Part shown: piece after piece, positions 46,680-56,048 of the stretch
How positions within the stretch are numbered: position 1 is the first letter of the stretch
Layout of the letters: every line of letters begins with the position of its first letter
Source of the DNA: Clostridia bacterium
GTDB taxonomy: Bacteria > Bacillota > Clostridia > Oscillospirales > CAG-272
DNA length: 64,000 bases
Assembly (NCBI GenBank): GCA_017399025.1
Contig: JAFQEK010000126.1
Location: 3,197-67,196 of the forward strand
Reading direction: 5' to 3'
Notes under the pieces: model-generated
Databases searched by the model: none
Told to the model about the DNA's origin: nothing
What the model saw: only the letters and a program-made list of their open reading frames with translations
Position numbers and translations under genes: made by a program

Positions 46680-47285
46680 ATGAAACCGAATCTTACCGAA
46701 AAAGAAAACGGCGTATACCGTTATATTTGCGAAGCAACCGAAAAAAACGGATATTCACCCTCCGTGCGTGATATTCAGGAGGCTCTGGGAATCAAAAGCA
46801 CTGCCACGGTGCATTCCTATCTGAATAAACTGGAATCCAAAGGATATATCCAGAAAACGCAGGGAAAAAGCCGTACACTCCGCGTAGATGTCGATTATAC
46901 AGCCTCCCGCGCCACCAATATTCCGATCGTAGGACAGGTTGCCGCAGGACTACCGATTCTTGCGCAGGAAAACTGTGAAGGCTATATTGAATTTTGTCCG
47001 CCTAAGGGCGCGCTCAAGGGAGAACTTTTTGCGTTGAAAGTCAAGGGAGAAAGCATGATCGAAGCAGGCATCCTTGACGGAGATTATGTCATTGTAAACC
47101 GCACCAACTATGTTGATAACGGCGATATTGCGGTTGTACTGATCGGCGAAGAAGCCACGGTAAAAACATTCTACCGCGAAAACGGCGTTTTCCGTTTACA
47201 GCCCGAAAACTGCACCATGCAACCGATCATCACCAAAAACGTCTATATCCTCGGAAAGGTCATCGCGAGCATCCGTTATTATTGA
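46680..47285 (+). CDS. lexA: LexA repressor.
   Basis: An N-terminal winged HTH (GYSPSVRDIQEALGIKSTATVHSYL) is present. The Ala-Gly cleavage context is VAAGLP. S24 peptidase motifs are GESMIEAGILDGDYVIV and VKT. Confidence 0.93.
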   Translation: MKPNLTEKENGVYRYICEATEKNGYSPSVRDIQEALGIKSTATVHSYLNKLESKGYIQKTQGKSRTLRVDVDYTASRATNIPIVGQVAAGLPILAQENCEGYIEFCPPKGALKGELFALKVKGESMIEAGILDGDYVIVNRTNYVDNGDIAVVLIGEEATVKTFYRENGVFRLQPENCTMQPIITKNVYILGKVIASIRYY

Positions 47286-47290
47286 ATTTT

Positions 47291-48112
47291 ATGAAAAAAA
47301 ACATCTTATGTTCCACAGGAACCATCGTTGGCAGAGCCAATGGATTTGACTACCGTTTGATTCTACGGTATCGGAATGAAATCTGCGCAGACGGATTTGA
47401 ATTGATGATGCTGAAAGCCTATTACGGAAATCTGTCGAAAATTGCGGCGGACCTGGAGCAAGCATCCGTAAAAATACCTTTGATTCATTTCGAAAAGGAT
47501 ATCACGGCATTGCTCGGACTTGGCAATGAGGACGACCGCCGCGAAGGATTGCGCATTTTTGAAGAAAATGTCAAGATGGCGCAAGCCGTCGGCGCAAAAG
47601 GCGCCGTCTTTCATCTTTGGGACGGCCGTTTTGACAAAACACATCTGAACAGCGGAATCTTGCTTTTGGAAACACTTTATGAAATCTGCGAAAAACGCGG
47701 TGTGGAACTTCTTGTCGAAAATGTCCCCTGCCGGATTTCTCCGTATGAGAACATCCTGAAAATCGCAGAAATGTATCCGAACGCCCGCTTTACATTTGAT
47801 ACCAGACATGCGGACTTTATCGGAGAAACCGCCCGCTTTACGGAAAGTCCGATCTGGCAAACCAAAATCGGACACATCCACATCAGCGATCACTGCGGAC
47901 AGACCGTACCCGGCATGTGGGGGGTAACACGCCCGATTTTACATCCCACAGAAGGCAACATCGATTTCTCCTCTCTGTTTGCATCCATGCCGCCTTACAT
48001 CGGAGAGACGGTTACGCTGGAATCCCCCGTCATGCTTCCCGACGGTACACATGACTTGAACAAATTAAACCGATCGCTCTCATTTATACGAAAAAAAATA
48101 AACGAATCCTGA
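47291..48112 (+). CDS. Xylose-isomerase-like TIM-barrel protein (sugar phosphate isomerase/epimerase family).
   Basis: The protein is about 273 aa. The pattern of beta-strand-end His/Glu/Asp residues (FHLWDG, LLVENVP, DTRHA, HISD) is typical of AP-endonuclease-2/TIM-barrel proteins. This is a moderate call. Confidence 0.55.
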   Translation: MKKNILCSTGTIVGRANGFDYRLILRYRNEICADGFELMMLKAYYGNLSKIAADLEQASVKIPLIHFEKDITALLGLGNEDDRREGLRIFEENVKMAQAVGAKGAVFHLWDGRFDKTHLNSGILLLETLYEICEKRGVELLVENVPCRISPYENILKIAEMYPNARFTFDTRHADFIGETARFTESPIWQTKIGHIHISDHCGQTVPGMWGVTRPILHPTEGNIDFSSLFASMPPYIGETVTLESPVMLPDGTHDLNKLNRSLSFIRKKINES

Positions 48113-48150
48113 ATTTTTTGACAAAGTTTGCATTCTTTATGAGGAAAAGG

Positions 48151-48179
48151 TTGCATTTGCCGTAAAATTATGATAGTAT
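48151..48179 (+). promoter_or_regulatory. Sigma-A-type promoter (extended -10) upstream of the PPIase lipoprotein gene.
   Basis: The sequence is TTGCAT (48151-48156), a 17-nt spacer ending in TGA, then TAGTAT (48174-48179). Confidence 0.45.
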
Positions 48180-48235
48180 AAATCGGCACAATATTCAAAG
48201 AAACCCATTTATAAAAAGAAAGGAACCCTGAAGGC

Positions 48236-49666
48236 ATGAAAAAATTACTCTGTCTGCTGCTTGCCGTTTCGATGTGCGCTGCGCTGTTTACCGGTTGCGG
48301 AAAATTCGATGTGGAAAACGCAGATATTTCCGATTATGTCACGCTTTGCGATATTTCCGAAATCCCTTATGAAAACCTCAAAAAAGCATATGAGGATTAC
48401 CGCGAATATCTTTCCGAAGATCTTACCTCCTGCGCACTTTCCACAGGCTATACTATCGACTTTTTCGTAAAAGCCGAACTTCTCGATGCCGAGGGCAAAG
48501 TCACGGAAACCGTTGAAAAATGGACACACAATACCGAAACCGATATGGTAAAAGGTTATGACGTCTGCAAAAATCCCACTCTTTTCGACGAGGCTTTGAT
48601 GTATCTCGCTACCGAAGCAGGTATGCAAACCACAACGGGCAGAACCGTGGAAGTCGGAAAAGATTTTTCCTTTACAATGAAACTGAAAGAAGACTACGAA
48701 GATTCCGCACTCGCGGGAAAAAACATTAAATTTACCGTCAATGTTAAAAAAGTTCTCCCAGCCGTTTATCCTGACAGCAAGATCGCAGAAAGATTGAACG
48801 ATTTTTTCAAAGTTGCCAAAACAACCAAAGAAACGGTTGAAAAAGGTGATACGATTACCATTGATTATGAAGGAACCATCGACGGCAAATCTTTTGACGG
48901 CGGTACAGGTTCCAATTACGCTTTCGTTATCGGACAAAGCAAACTGATCAGACTTTTCAGTCTTGCCGAAGAATTTGAAACACTTCTGATTGGGCACTCG
49001 CTGAACGAGAAATTTGATATTACCGTAAAATACCCCGAGGATTGCGGTGTGGAAATACTTGCAGGCAAAGAAGTGGTCTATTCCATTAAGATCAAAGATC
49101 TTTATAACGATACCGAAATTATTCAGAATACCACGGATTACGAAAATATGTGGGAACTGAAATATGCACTTCGCGTGGAAAGCTATATTTTCTACGCTCT
49201 GACCAATTATATCGAAAATCAATCCGAATTGATCGCTTATCCCGAAAAGCTCCTGAAACGTTTTGAAAAGATATTCAAAAACTACGTCAAGCGCGATGTT
49301 GCGGAAAGAGTTTTGGAATACGCAGAATCCGGCTATTCCTATACAAAAAAAGAAATGAAAGAAATTCTTTATCCGGATGGCGCTGATCTGACTTATATCA
49401 AGGAAGGTTCGGAAGCAGCTGCTTACAGTTATCTGATTGCGGTTGCCATTCAAAGAGAGTTGGGTCTGAGTTACACGGAAGAAGATTATAAAAAAGATAT
49501 CCAACTGATTGCAGAAGAATATACGAACTATTACGGAGAAACTTATACAGCAAAGGATATTGAATCCTTGTACGGCAAAGAGGTACTCTACACATCGTTC
49601 CTTGTTGCGTTCATTACGGAGCCATTGATAGAAAACATTACGGGAATGCCCGAAATTCCCGGTTAA
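48236..49666 (+). CDS. Lipoprotein with a trigger-factor-like FKBP peptidyl-prolyl isomerase domain.
   Basis: The signal peptide and lipobox read MKKLLCLLLAVSMCAALFTGC. The central GDTITIDYEGTIDGKSFDGGTGSNYAFVIGQSKLI matches the trigger-factor PPIase core. Confidence 0.7.
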   Translation: MKKLLCLLLAVSMCAALFTGCGKFDVENADISDYVTLCDISEIPYENLKKAYEDYREYLSEDLTSCALSTGYTIDFFVKAELLDAEGKVTETVEKWTHNTETDMVKGYDVCKNPTLFDEALMYLATEAGMQTTTGRTVEVGKDFSFTMKLKEDYEDSALAGKNIKFTVNVKKVLPAVYPDSKIAERLNDFFKVAKTTKETVEKGDTITIDYEGTIDGKSFDGGTGSNYAFVIGQSKLIRLFSLAEEFETLLIGHSLNEKFDITVKYPEDCGVEILAGKEVVYSIKIKDLYNDTEIIQNTTDYENMWELKYALRVESYIFYALTNYIENQSELIAYPEKLLKRFEKIFKNYVKRDVAERVLEYAESGYSYTKKEMKEILYPDGADLTYIKEGSEAAAYSYLIAVAIQRELGLSYTEEDYKKDIQLIAEEYTNYYGETYTAKDIESLYGKEVLYTSFLVAFITEPLIENITGMPEIPG

Positions 49667-49694
49667 AAACCACATACACATCTATGGATAAAAC

Positions 49695-49735
49695 AAAAGA
49701 ACAGGCTCTTTTCAAGGTGTCTGTTCTTTTGTATA
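49695..49735 (+). terminator. Intrinsic terminator after the PPIase lipoprotein gene.
   Basis: AAAAGAACAG (49695-49704) pairs with CTGTTCTTTT (49721-49730) as a 10-bp stem running into a T-tract. Confidence 0.6.
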
Positions 49736-49753
49736 ACAGAAAGGGGATTTTTT

Positions 49754-50533
49754 ATGAGAGAATTTTTAACAGAACTGCTCGTCTATCTGGTAGCAGGTCT
49801 GGGAGCCGGTGTCGGCACAGGTCTTTCGGGGCTTTCCGCTGCTTCCGTGATTTCTCCCATGCTGATCACATTTCTCGGTATGGATTCTTATATGGCAGTC
49901 GGTATTGCACTGGCTTCCGATGTTCTGGCTTCGGCTGTGTCTGCCTATACATACGGAAAAAATGACAATCTGGATCTGAAAAACGGCAAGATTATGCTGA
50001 TTACCGTTTTAATTTTTACCCTTGTCGGAAGCTATGCGGGTTCGCATATTCCGCAGAACACAATGGGGTCTTTCTCTTTAATCATGACCACGGTTCTCGG
50101 TATTAAATTTATTTTCAAACCCGTTATGACCACAAAAGAAGTCAACGCGCAAAAAAGTCGCTGGGTAAAAATCTTCCAATCGATTTTCTGCGGTGTGGTT
50201 ATCGGTTTTATCTGCGGCTTCGTCGGTGCGGGCGGCGGTATGATGATGCTTATGATTCTGACCAGTATACTTGGCTATGAGCTGAAAACCGCAGTCGGCA
50301 CAAGTGTTTTCATCATGACTTTTACAGCATTTGTCGGCGCTTCTTCCCATTTTGCGCTTTCGGAAACACTCGTTGACTTTTCTGCACTCTTTTTCTGTGT
50401 GCTCTTTACCTTTATCTTTGCTCAGCTTTCATCTAAATTCGCCAACAAAGCAAAACCTTCCACGCTGAACCGCGTAACGGGCTTTGTTTTGACAGCTCTT
50501 GGTATTTTAATGTTCTCCGTAAAAGGTCTGTAA
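49754..50533 (+). CDS. TauE/SafE-family anion exporter.
   Basis: The ORF is 259 aa with about 8 TM segments and duplicated Gly-rich motifs (GLGAGVGTGLSG and VGAGGGMMM). Confidence 0.75.
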   Translation: MREFLTELLVYLVAGLGAGVGTGLSGLSAASVISPMLITFLGMDSYMAVGIALASDVLASAVSAYTYGKNDNLDLKNGKIMLITVLIFTLVGSYAGSHIPQNTMGSFSLIMTTVLGIKFIFKPVMTTKEVNAQKSRWVKIFQSIFCGVVIGFICGFVGAGGGMMMLMILTSILGYELKTAVGTSVFIMTFTAFVGASSHFALSETLVDFSALFFCVLFTFIFAQLSSKFANKAKPSTLNRVTGFVLTALGILMFSVKGL

Positions 50534-50535
50534 GA

Positions 50536-50570
50536 CAAAAATTCTCCGCCAAAGCGGAGAATTTTTAAAT
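50536..50570 (+). terminator. Intrinsic terminator after the TauE-family gene.
   Basis: ATTCTCCGC-CAAA-GCGGAGAAT forms a 9-bp stem (50541-50562), followed by TTTTTAAATTTT. Confidence 0.8.
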
Positions 50571-50737
50571 TTTCATAAAAAATATCGATCTTCTTCATTT
50601 TATTTTTATAAAACTATGGAAAATAAAAAAAGTTTGTGATATAATATTAAAATAAGGTTTTTTATATCATTTTGATCATTTATGTTTTATGGAAAAAATT
50701 CCATAAAGCTTATATATAAGAAAATCGGTTCGCTCCG

Positions 50738-50850
50738 ATAAAAAGCGGGCAACGCCCGCCGGATGTGCTCAGCATGTTTGCGTTTTGTATTTACATCAAT
50801 CATGCAAAACGGCGAGGCATATTCTGAGCAATTTCCTATAGGTTAAAAAC
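50738..50850 (+). repeat. ~114-nt intergenic element, copy 3 (upstream of lon).
   Basis: The blocks are ATAAAAAGCGGGCAACGCCCGCCGGATG..., TTGTATTTACATCAATCATGCAAAACGGCGAGG... and TTCTGAGCAATTTCCTATAGGTTAAAAAC. It ends 24 nt before ATG 50874. Confidence 0.75.
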
Positions 50851-50873
50851 AGCGAAAGGAAACAGCAAAAATT

Positions 50874-53222
50874 ATGGTTACAACCGAATCAATCAAAAAA
50901 ATAACAATGTCATGCGCAATCATGCGCAATCTGGTGGCATTTCCCGGAATCCCCATGACCATTGATATGGATAAAGGTCCCGCGAAGCGCATTTTCGAAA
51001 ATGCAATCAAGGAAAACTCTCCCGTTTTCATCGTTTGCCAAAAAAATCCCATGAAAGACGTTCATGAACTAAGCGATGTTTATTCTGTTGGTGTTATAGC
51101 AAGGATCAAGCAAACGGTAAAAACGCAAAGCGGCGTATTTCGTGTGATCGTTGAACCGCAGGCAAGAGCCATTCTCACGGGTTTTACGGATGATAAATTC
51201 ACCCATGCGGAAATTTATGAAAAAGAAGAGGATGTCGAAATCGAAGAAAGTCCCCGTTCCATGGCTTTGCTTCGAGAAATCAAGGGAATCATCCATGATT
51301 TTGCAAAATTCGCTCCTTCCTTTTCCAAAGAATTCTGGCTTCTTTTCGATACCATCCGCGATCTGGGAACCGCTTGCGATTTTGCGGCAGGCAATCTTGT
51401 GCCGGAACCTTGGGACAAACAAATGATTCTCGAAGAATTTTCACCCACGGAACGCGCGCGCAAGCTCATTGAACTGTTGGAATCTGAAAGAACGATCATG
51501 GAAGAACGCGTTCATATCAAAAAAGAAGTCGATGAACGCATGAAGAAAAACCAGCGCGACTATTATTTAAGAGAACAGCTGAAAGTCATTCACGATGAAC
51601 TCGGCGATGACGATGAATATGACGATGACGATCTGAAAGAATACGTTTCCCGTCTGGAAAACGGCAATTATCCCGAAAATGTCAAGACCGCGCTGACCAA
51701 GGAAATCAAACGCTTATCCCGTATTCCTTTCGGTTCGGCGGAAAATACCGTCATCCGTAATTATATTGAGGTTTGTCTGGAAATTCCGTATCTTGTGAAA
51801 ACAGAGGAACGCCTTAATATTGAAGAAGTTCAGAAAATTCTGGACGACGATCATGAAGGTCTGACAAAGGTTAAGGAACGAATCATTGAATATCTTGCCG
51901 CTCTGAAATTAAGTCCTGCGCTCCGCGGACAGATCATTTGCCTTGTCGGTCCTCCCGGAACAGGTAAAACCTCCATCGCTATTTCCATCGCCAAAGCCAC
52001 AAACCGCAAATTCGTACGCGTATCTCTCGGCGGTGTACACGATGAATCCGAAATCCGCGGTCACAGAAAAACCTACATAGGCGCCATGCCCGGCAGAATC
52101 GTCAATGCGCTGATCGAAGCCAAAGCTTCCAATCCGCTGATCCTCTTTGACGAAATCGATAAAATGGCACACGACATGCGCGGTGACCCCGCTTCCGCCA
52201 TGCTTGAGGTTCTGGACCGTGAACAGAATAAAACTTTCCGCGATAATTTCGTTGAGCTCCCGATCGATCTTTCCGACTGTATGTTCATCACAACGGCAAA
52301 CAGCCTGGAAACTATTCAGCGTCCTTTGCTGGACCGCATGGAGATCATTGAGCTTCACGCATACACGCGCCCTGAAAAATTCGCCATTGCGCGCGGACAC
52401 CTGATTCCCAAGCAGATGAAAAAGCACGGACTTCTGGCACGCACCTTCAAGATAGACGATGCCGCCGTTTATGAACTGATCGACTGCTATACCAGAGAAG
52501 CGGGTGTAAGAAGTCTGGAACGCTGCATTGAGAAATGCTGCCGCCGCGCTGCCAAGCAGATTGCTTGCGAAGAAAAGAAAAGCGTACGCGTAACCGTCAA
52601 AAACCTCGCTTATTATGTCGGCGAAAAAAAACTGATCAAAGAAAAAATTTCCGATGTCAATGAAATCGGTATTGTCAACGGCATGGCATGGACGGAGCTC
52701 GGAGGCGATCTTTTGCAGATCGAAGCGTTGGCGCTTCCCGGAACAGGAAAGCTGGAACTCACGGGTTCTTTGGGTGACGTAATGAAAGAATCCGCAAAAG
52801 CGGCAATCAGCTACATCCGAAGCAAAGCCGAGCTACTTGGTATTGATCCCGATTTTTATAAAAACAAAGACATTCACATCCACGCTCCCGAAGGCGCGAT
52901 CCCCAAGGACGGTCCCTCGGCAGGCGTTACCATGGTCAGCGCGCTTGTCAGTGAGCTGACAGGAATCCCCGCAAAAGCCGATGTTGCAATGACGGGCGAA
53001 ATTTCTCTCCACGGAAAAGTAATGGCAATCGGCGGACTCCGCGAAAAAACAATGGCAGCATATCTTGCCGGTGTACGCACAATCCTGATTCCCAAAGACA
53101 ATGAAAAGGATATCCCCGAGCTTGCCGATGAAGTCAAGGAAAACGTCCGTATTCTCCCCGTTTCCAAAGCAGAAGAGGTTCTTGCGGTCATCCTTGAAAA
53201 AAATCCCTTTGAGAAAGAATGA
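50874..53222 (+). CDS. lon: ATP-dependent Lon protease (LonA).
   Basis: The ORF is 782 aa. It has a LON N-terminal domain, the Walker A motif GPPGTGKTS, and the protease motif DGPSAGVTM (catalytic Ser) with a downstream Lys. Confidence 0.96.
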   Translation: MVTTESIKKITMSCAIMRNLVAFPGIPMTIDMDKGPAKRIFENAIKENSPVFIVCQKNPMKDVHELSDVYSVGVIARIKQTVKTQSGVFRVIVEPQARAILTGFTDDKFTHAEIYEKEEDVEIEESPRSMALLREIKGIIHDFAKFAPSFSKEFWLLFDTIRDLGTACDFAAGNLVPEPWDKQMILEEFSPTERARKLIELLESERTIMEERVHIKKEVDERMKKNQRDYYLREQLKVIHDELGDDDEYDDDDLKEYVSRLENGNYPENVKTALTKEIKRLSRIPFGSAENTVIRNYIEVCLEIPYLVKTEERLNIEEVQKILDDDHEGLTKVKERIIEYLAALKLSPALRGQIICLVGPPGTGKTSIAISIAKATNRKFVRVSLGGVHDESEIRGHRKTYIGAMPGRIVNALIEAKASNPLILFDEIDKMAHDMRGDPASAMLEVLDREQNKTFRDNFVELPIDLSDCMFITTANSLETIQRPLLDRMEIIELHAYTRPEKFAIARGHLIPKQMKKHGLLARTFKIDDAAVYELIDCYTREAGVRSLERCIEKCCRRAAKQIACEEKKSVRVTVKNLAYYVGEKKLIKEKISDVNEIGIVNGMAWTELGGDLLQIEALALPGTGKLELTGSLGDVMKESAKAAISYIRSKAELLGIDPDFYKNKDIHIHAPEGAIPKDGPSAGVTMVSALVSELTGIPAKADVAMTGEISLHGKVMAIGGLREKTMAAYLAGVRTILIPKDNEKDIPELADEVKENVRILPVSKAEEVLAVILEKNPFEKE

Positions 53223-53234
53223 GAATTGAAAACC

Positions 53235-53834
53235 ATGCTGAATACTCAAAATGTTATTTTGAAAATGACGGCGGGCAGAAAAGATCAATTTCCGAAAGAC
53301 GGGAAAGTGCAGATTGCACTTTCCGGTCGTTCCAATGTCGGAAAAAGCTCGCTGATCAACACCTTGCTCGGCAGAAAGAGTTTTGCGCGTACAAGCGCAC
53401 AGCCGGGCAAGACAATTACCATCAACTTTTATGAAGTTGACAAGAAACTTTATCTCGTTGACCTCCCCGGATACGGCTATGCGCGCCGTTCCGCAGATTC
53501 CCGTAAGGTTTGGGCAGGACTGACAAACGATTATCTGGAAGCGGGAACCATGCAAACCGTATTCCAGCTGATCGACCTGAAAGTCGGCCCCACCGAGGAT
53601 GATTACATGATGATCGATTGGCTCAACGCCAACCAAGTTCCCTACGTTGTCGTAGCAACCAAAGCCGATAAGCTGAACACAACAACGAGAAACGCAAATT
53701 ACGCAGCACTCGCCGATCATCCTCTGCTCAATCCCCCTTATGCCAATGAAAAGATCCGCGTGATCATGTTTTCTGCGCAAACGGGTATGGGAAAAAATGA
53801 CCTCCTTGCCATTCTCTCCGAGAACTTGAAATAA
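53235..53834 (+). CDS. engB: Ribosome-biogenesis GTPase EngB/YsxC.
   Basis: G1 is GRSNVGKSSLIN, G3 is DLPGYG and G4 is TKADK. The gene sits immediately downstream of lon, as in many Firmicutes. The ORF-track start at 53226 is a TTG 3 codons upstream. Confidence 0.9.
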   Translation: MLNTQNVILKMTAGRKDQFPKDGKVQIALSGRSNVGKSSLINTLLGRKSFARTSAQPGKTITINFYEVDKKLYLVDLPGYGYARRSADSRKVWAGLTNDYLEAGTMQTVFQLIDLKVGPTEDDYMMIDWLNANQVPYVVVATKADKLNTTTRNANYAALADHPLLNPPYANEKIRVIMFSAQTGMGKNDLLAILSENLK

Positions 53835-53858
53835 CGGTAAGAAAGGAATTTTCCGATC

Positions 53859-54587
53859 ATGAATCCAGTTTCTATCATTTCTCTTTTGCTTTCCATTCCC
53901 GGCGTATTCCTGACGCTTGCCGTTCATGAATACGCGCACGGCTGGGCTTCTTATCAGCTCGGCGACCCCACGGCAAGAAATCTCGGAAGACTGACACTCA
54001 ACCCCATCAAGCACATCGATCCCATCGGTTTGCTCTGTATGATCTTCTTCCGTTTCGGTTGGGCAAGGCCTGTTCCCGTCAATGCCAGATATTATAAAAA
54101 GCCGAGACGGGACATGGCGCTGGTTGCGGCAGCAGGTCCTGCTTCCAACCTTGTCATGATGGTTTTATCTATGTTTCTCATCCATCTTTCCTATTTTATC
54201 TATGCTCTTGCAACAACACAGTCATATTCTTTTATATACTTTCTGAACCTGTGGGAAGGGAATCCCACACTTTTGATTCCGGAAGAAGTCGGCGCAAAAC
54301 TGATGTTCCTCTGGTTCACTTTTCTGATGAATTTCTGCCTGTTGAATGCAAGCCTTGCGGTTTTTAATCTTTTGCCCATTCCGCCGCTTGACGGTTCCCG
54401 TATCGCATTTATTTTCCTTCCCGTAAAATTCTATTTCGGCATCATGCGTTACGAACGAATCATCCAGACGATTATGTTTGTCCTCTTGTTTATCGGCGTA
54501 TTTGACAAACTTCTTTCTTCCCTAACACTCGCTCTTCTGAACGGAACCCTATGGCTTGTGGAACTGATCCCGATTTTCAAGTTTTAG
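53859..54587 (+). CDS. Site-2 protease family (M50) membrane metalloprotease.
   Basis: HEYAHG (HExxH) and NLLPIPPLDGS motifs are present, and the protein is polytopic. Confidence 0.85.
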   Translation: MNPVSIISLLLSIPGVFLTLAVHEYAHGWASYQLGDPTARNLGRLTLNPIKHIDPIGLLCMIFFRFGWARPVPVNARYYKKPRRDMALVAAAGPASNLVMMVLSMFLIHLSYFIYALATTQSYSFIYFLNLWEGNPTLLIPEEVGAKLMFLWFTFLMNFCLLNASLAVFNLLPIPPLDGSRIAFIFLPVKFYFGIMRYERIIQTIMFVLLFIGVFDKLLSSLTLALLNGTLWLVELIPIFKF

Positions 54588-54662
54588 TTATCCGACATTC
54601 TCCGTTCTTCAAACGGAAAAATCCAATCATCAAAATCGGCGATACTGCCGTGGAGGCATTTT

Positions 54663-55409
54663 TTGGAACAACTCGTTTTCAAAATTGAAATATACGAAGG
54701 TCCTCTCGACCTGCTTCTTTCCCTGATTGCCAAACATAAAATGGATATCAAGGATATCAAAATCTCCTTGATCTTCGAGCAATATATGGCTTATGTGGAA
54801 ACCATGCAGCGCATGGATATGGAAATTGCGGGAGAGTTTATTACCATGGCTTCGGAGCTCATGCTCATCAAAAGTAAAATGCTGCTTCCGAAACAGGAAA
54901 AAGACCCCCGCGAAGAACTCGTCCGTGTTTTGATGGAATACAAAAGCGCAAAAGAAGCCGCGAGATGGCTTTCCGACAGAGAAAAGGATTTTGCGGGCAG
55001 ATTTGAAAAGGATACGGACGAAATCAAACCCGATAAAGAAATCCTGGATCCTATGGATATTCACATTCTTTCCAAAGCATTGGAACGTATGCTTCTGCGC
55101 ATGGGAGAAAGACGGGAAGAGAAAGAAGAAAATCCCATCGAAAAAATACATCCGATCATCAAAAAACAAATTGTTCCCGTTTCCGTCAAAATCGTTTCCG
55201 TACTCCGCTTCATGCACAGACGAGGAACGGCACATTTTGAAGAACTTTTCGAAGGAGCGAGAAGCCGATCGGAAATCATTGCAGTCTTTTACGCAACGCT
55301 CGAGCTTCTCAAAGCCGGCCGTCTTTCTCTGCTGAAAGCAGTCGGCGATATGACAAATTCCAATGTGATTCTGGAATTCAATAAGAATCACAACCGCAAA
55401 AACGCATAA
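54663..55409 (+). CDS. scpA: Segregation and condensation protein A.
   Basis: YEGPLDLLLSLIAKHKMDIKDIKISLIFEQY is the ScpA N-terminal signature. The start is TTG 54663, with GGAGG 6 nt upstream. Confidence 0.9.
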   Translation: MEQLVFKIEIYEGPLDLLLSLIAKHKMDIKDIKISLIFEQYMAYVETMQRMDMEIAGEFITMASELMLIKSKMLLPKQEKDPREELVRVLMEYKSAKEAARWLSDREKDFAGRFEKDTDEIKPDKEILDPMDIHILSKALERMLLRMGERREEKEENPIEKIHPIIKKQIVPVSVKIVSVLRFMHRRGTAHFEELFEGARSRSEIIAVFYATLELLKAGRLSLLKAVGDMTNSNVILEFNKNHNRKNA

Positions 55410-55496
55410 AATTCCGTTTTTGCAACACCGCAAGCGCGGAAAAAGAGAAGAGCGGCATTCCGCTGATCTCACAAAATACAAAAGAAAGGAAAAGCT

Positions 55497-56048
55497 ATGG
55501 ACGAGGAAAAAATTTTAACTTCTGAGGAAATCAAAAGGATTCTGGAAGCCGTCTTATTTGCCGCCGGCCATCCCGTAACCTTCGCAAAGCTTGCGGATGT
55601 AATCGGTGTCAGCGAAAAAGAAATCTCCCATTTGGTCGGCGAATATGCGAAGGAATACGAATCCTGCGGACTTCCGAGAGGCATTCAGCTTCTGCAGCTC
55701 GGAAATGCCTGTCAGCTTGTAACAAAAGAAGTCTTCGCACCCTATGTCAAACAAACACTCGGTGTCAAGGACGGAGGCAATCTTTCTAAAGCTTCTTTGG
55801 AAACGTTGGCAGTCATCGCTTACAACCAACCCGTTACCCGCACATATATCGATCAGGTACGCGGTGTGGAAAGCGCTTATTCCATCGGTGTTTTGATGGA
55901 ACGCGAGCTGATTACGGAAATGGGTCGCCTGGACGTTCCCGGCCGTCCCCGTCTTTACGGTACAACGGAAGTTTTTTTGAGGGTATTCGGACTCTCCGAC
56001 CTCTCGGAACTGCCTCCTCTTGCAATTGCCGGCGGTGAAAGCGGATGA
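55497..56048 (+). CDS. scpB: Segregation and condensation protein B.
   Basis: ILEAVLFAAGHPVTFAKLA..., LETLAVIAYNQPVTRTYIDQVRGV and GRPRLYGTT are the tandem winged-helix motifs. Confidence 0.9.
   Translation: MDEEKILTSEEIKRILEAVLFAAGHPVTFAKLADVIGVSEKEISHLVGEYAKEYESCGLPRGIQLLQLGNACQLVTKEVFAPYVKQTLGVKDGGNLSKASLETLAVIAYNQPVTRTYIDQVRGVESAYSIGVLMERELITEMGRLDVPGRPRLYGTTEVFLRVFGLSDLSELPPLAIAGGESG

Noticed and set aside
48245-49681. A 478-aa minus-strand ORF. Similar long antisense ORFs lie at 44272-45336, 41068-42246, 52833-54014, 14311-15186, 24842-25630, 3404-4342 and 21951-22859.
   Set aside because: Each is antisense to a gene with recognisable motifs (PPIase lipoprotein, queA, the HlyD-like gene and miaA, lon/engB, ABC-F, PBP, NACHT, GH3). 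None has an RBS or motifs of its own.
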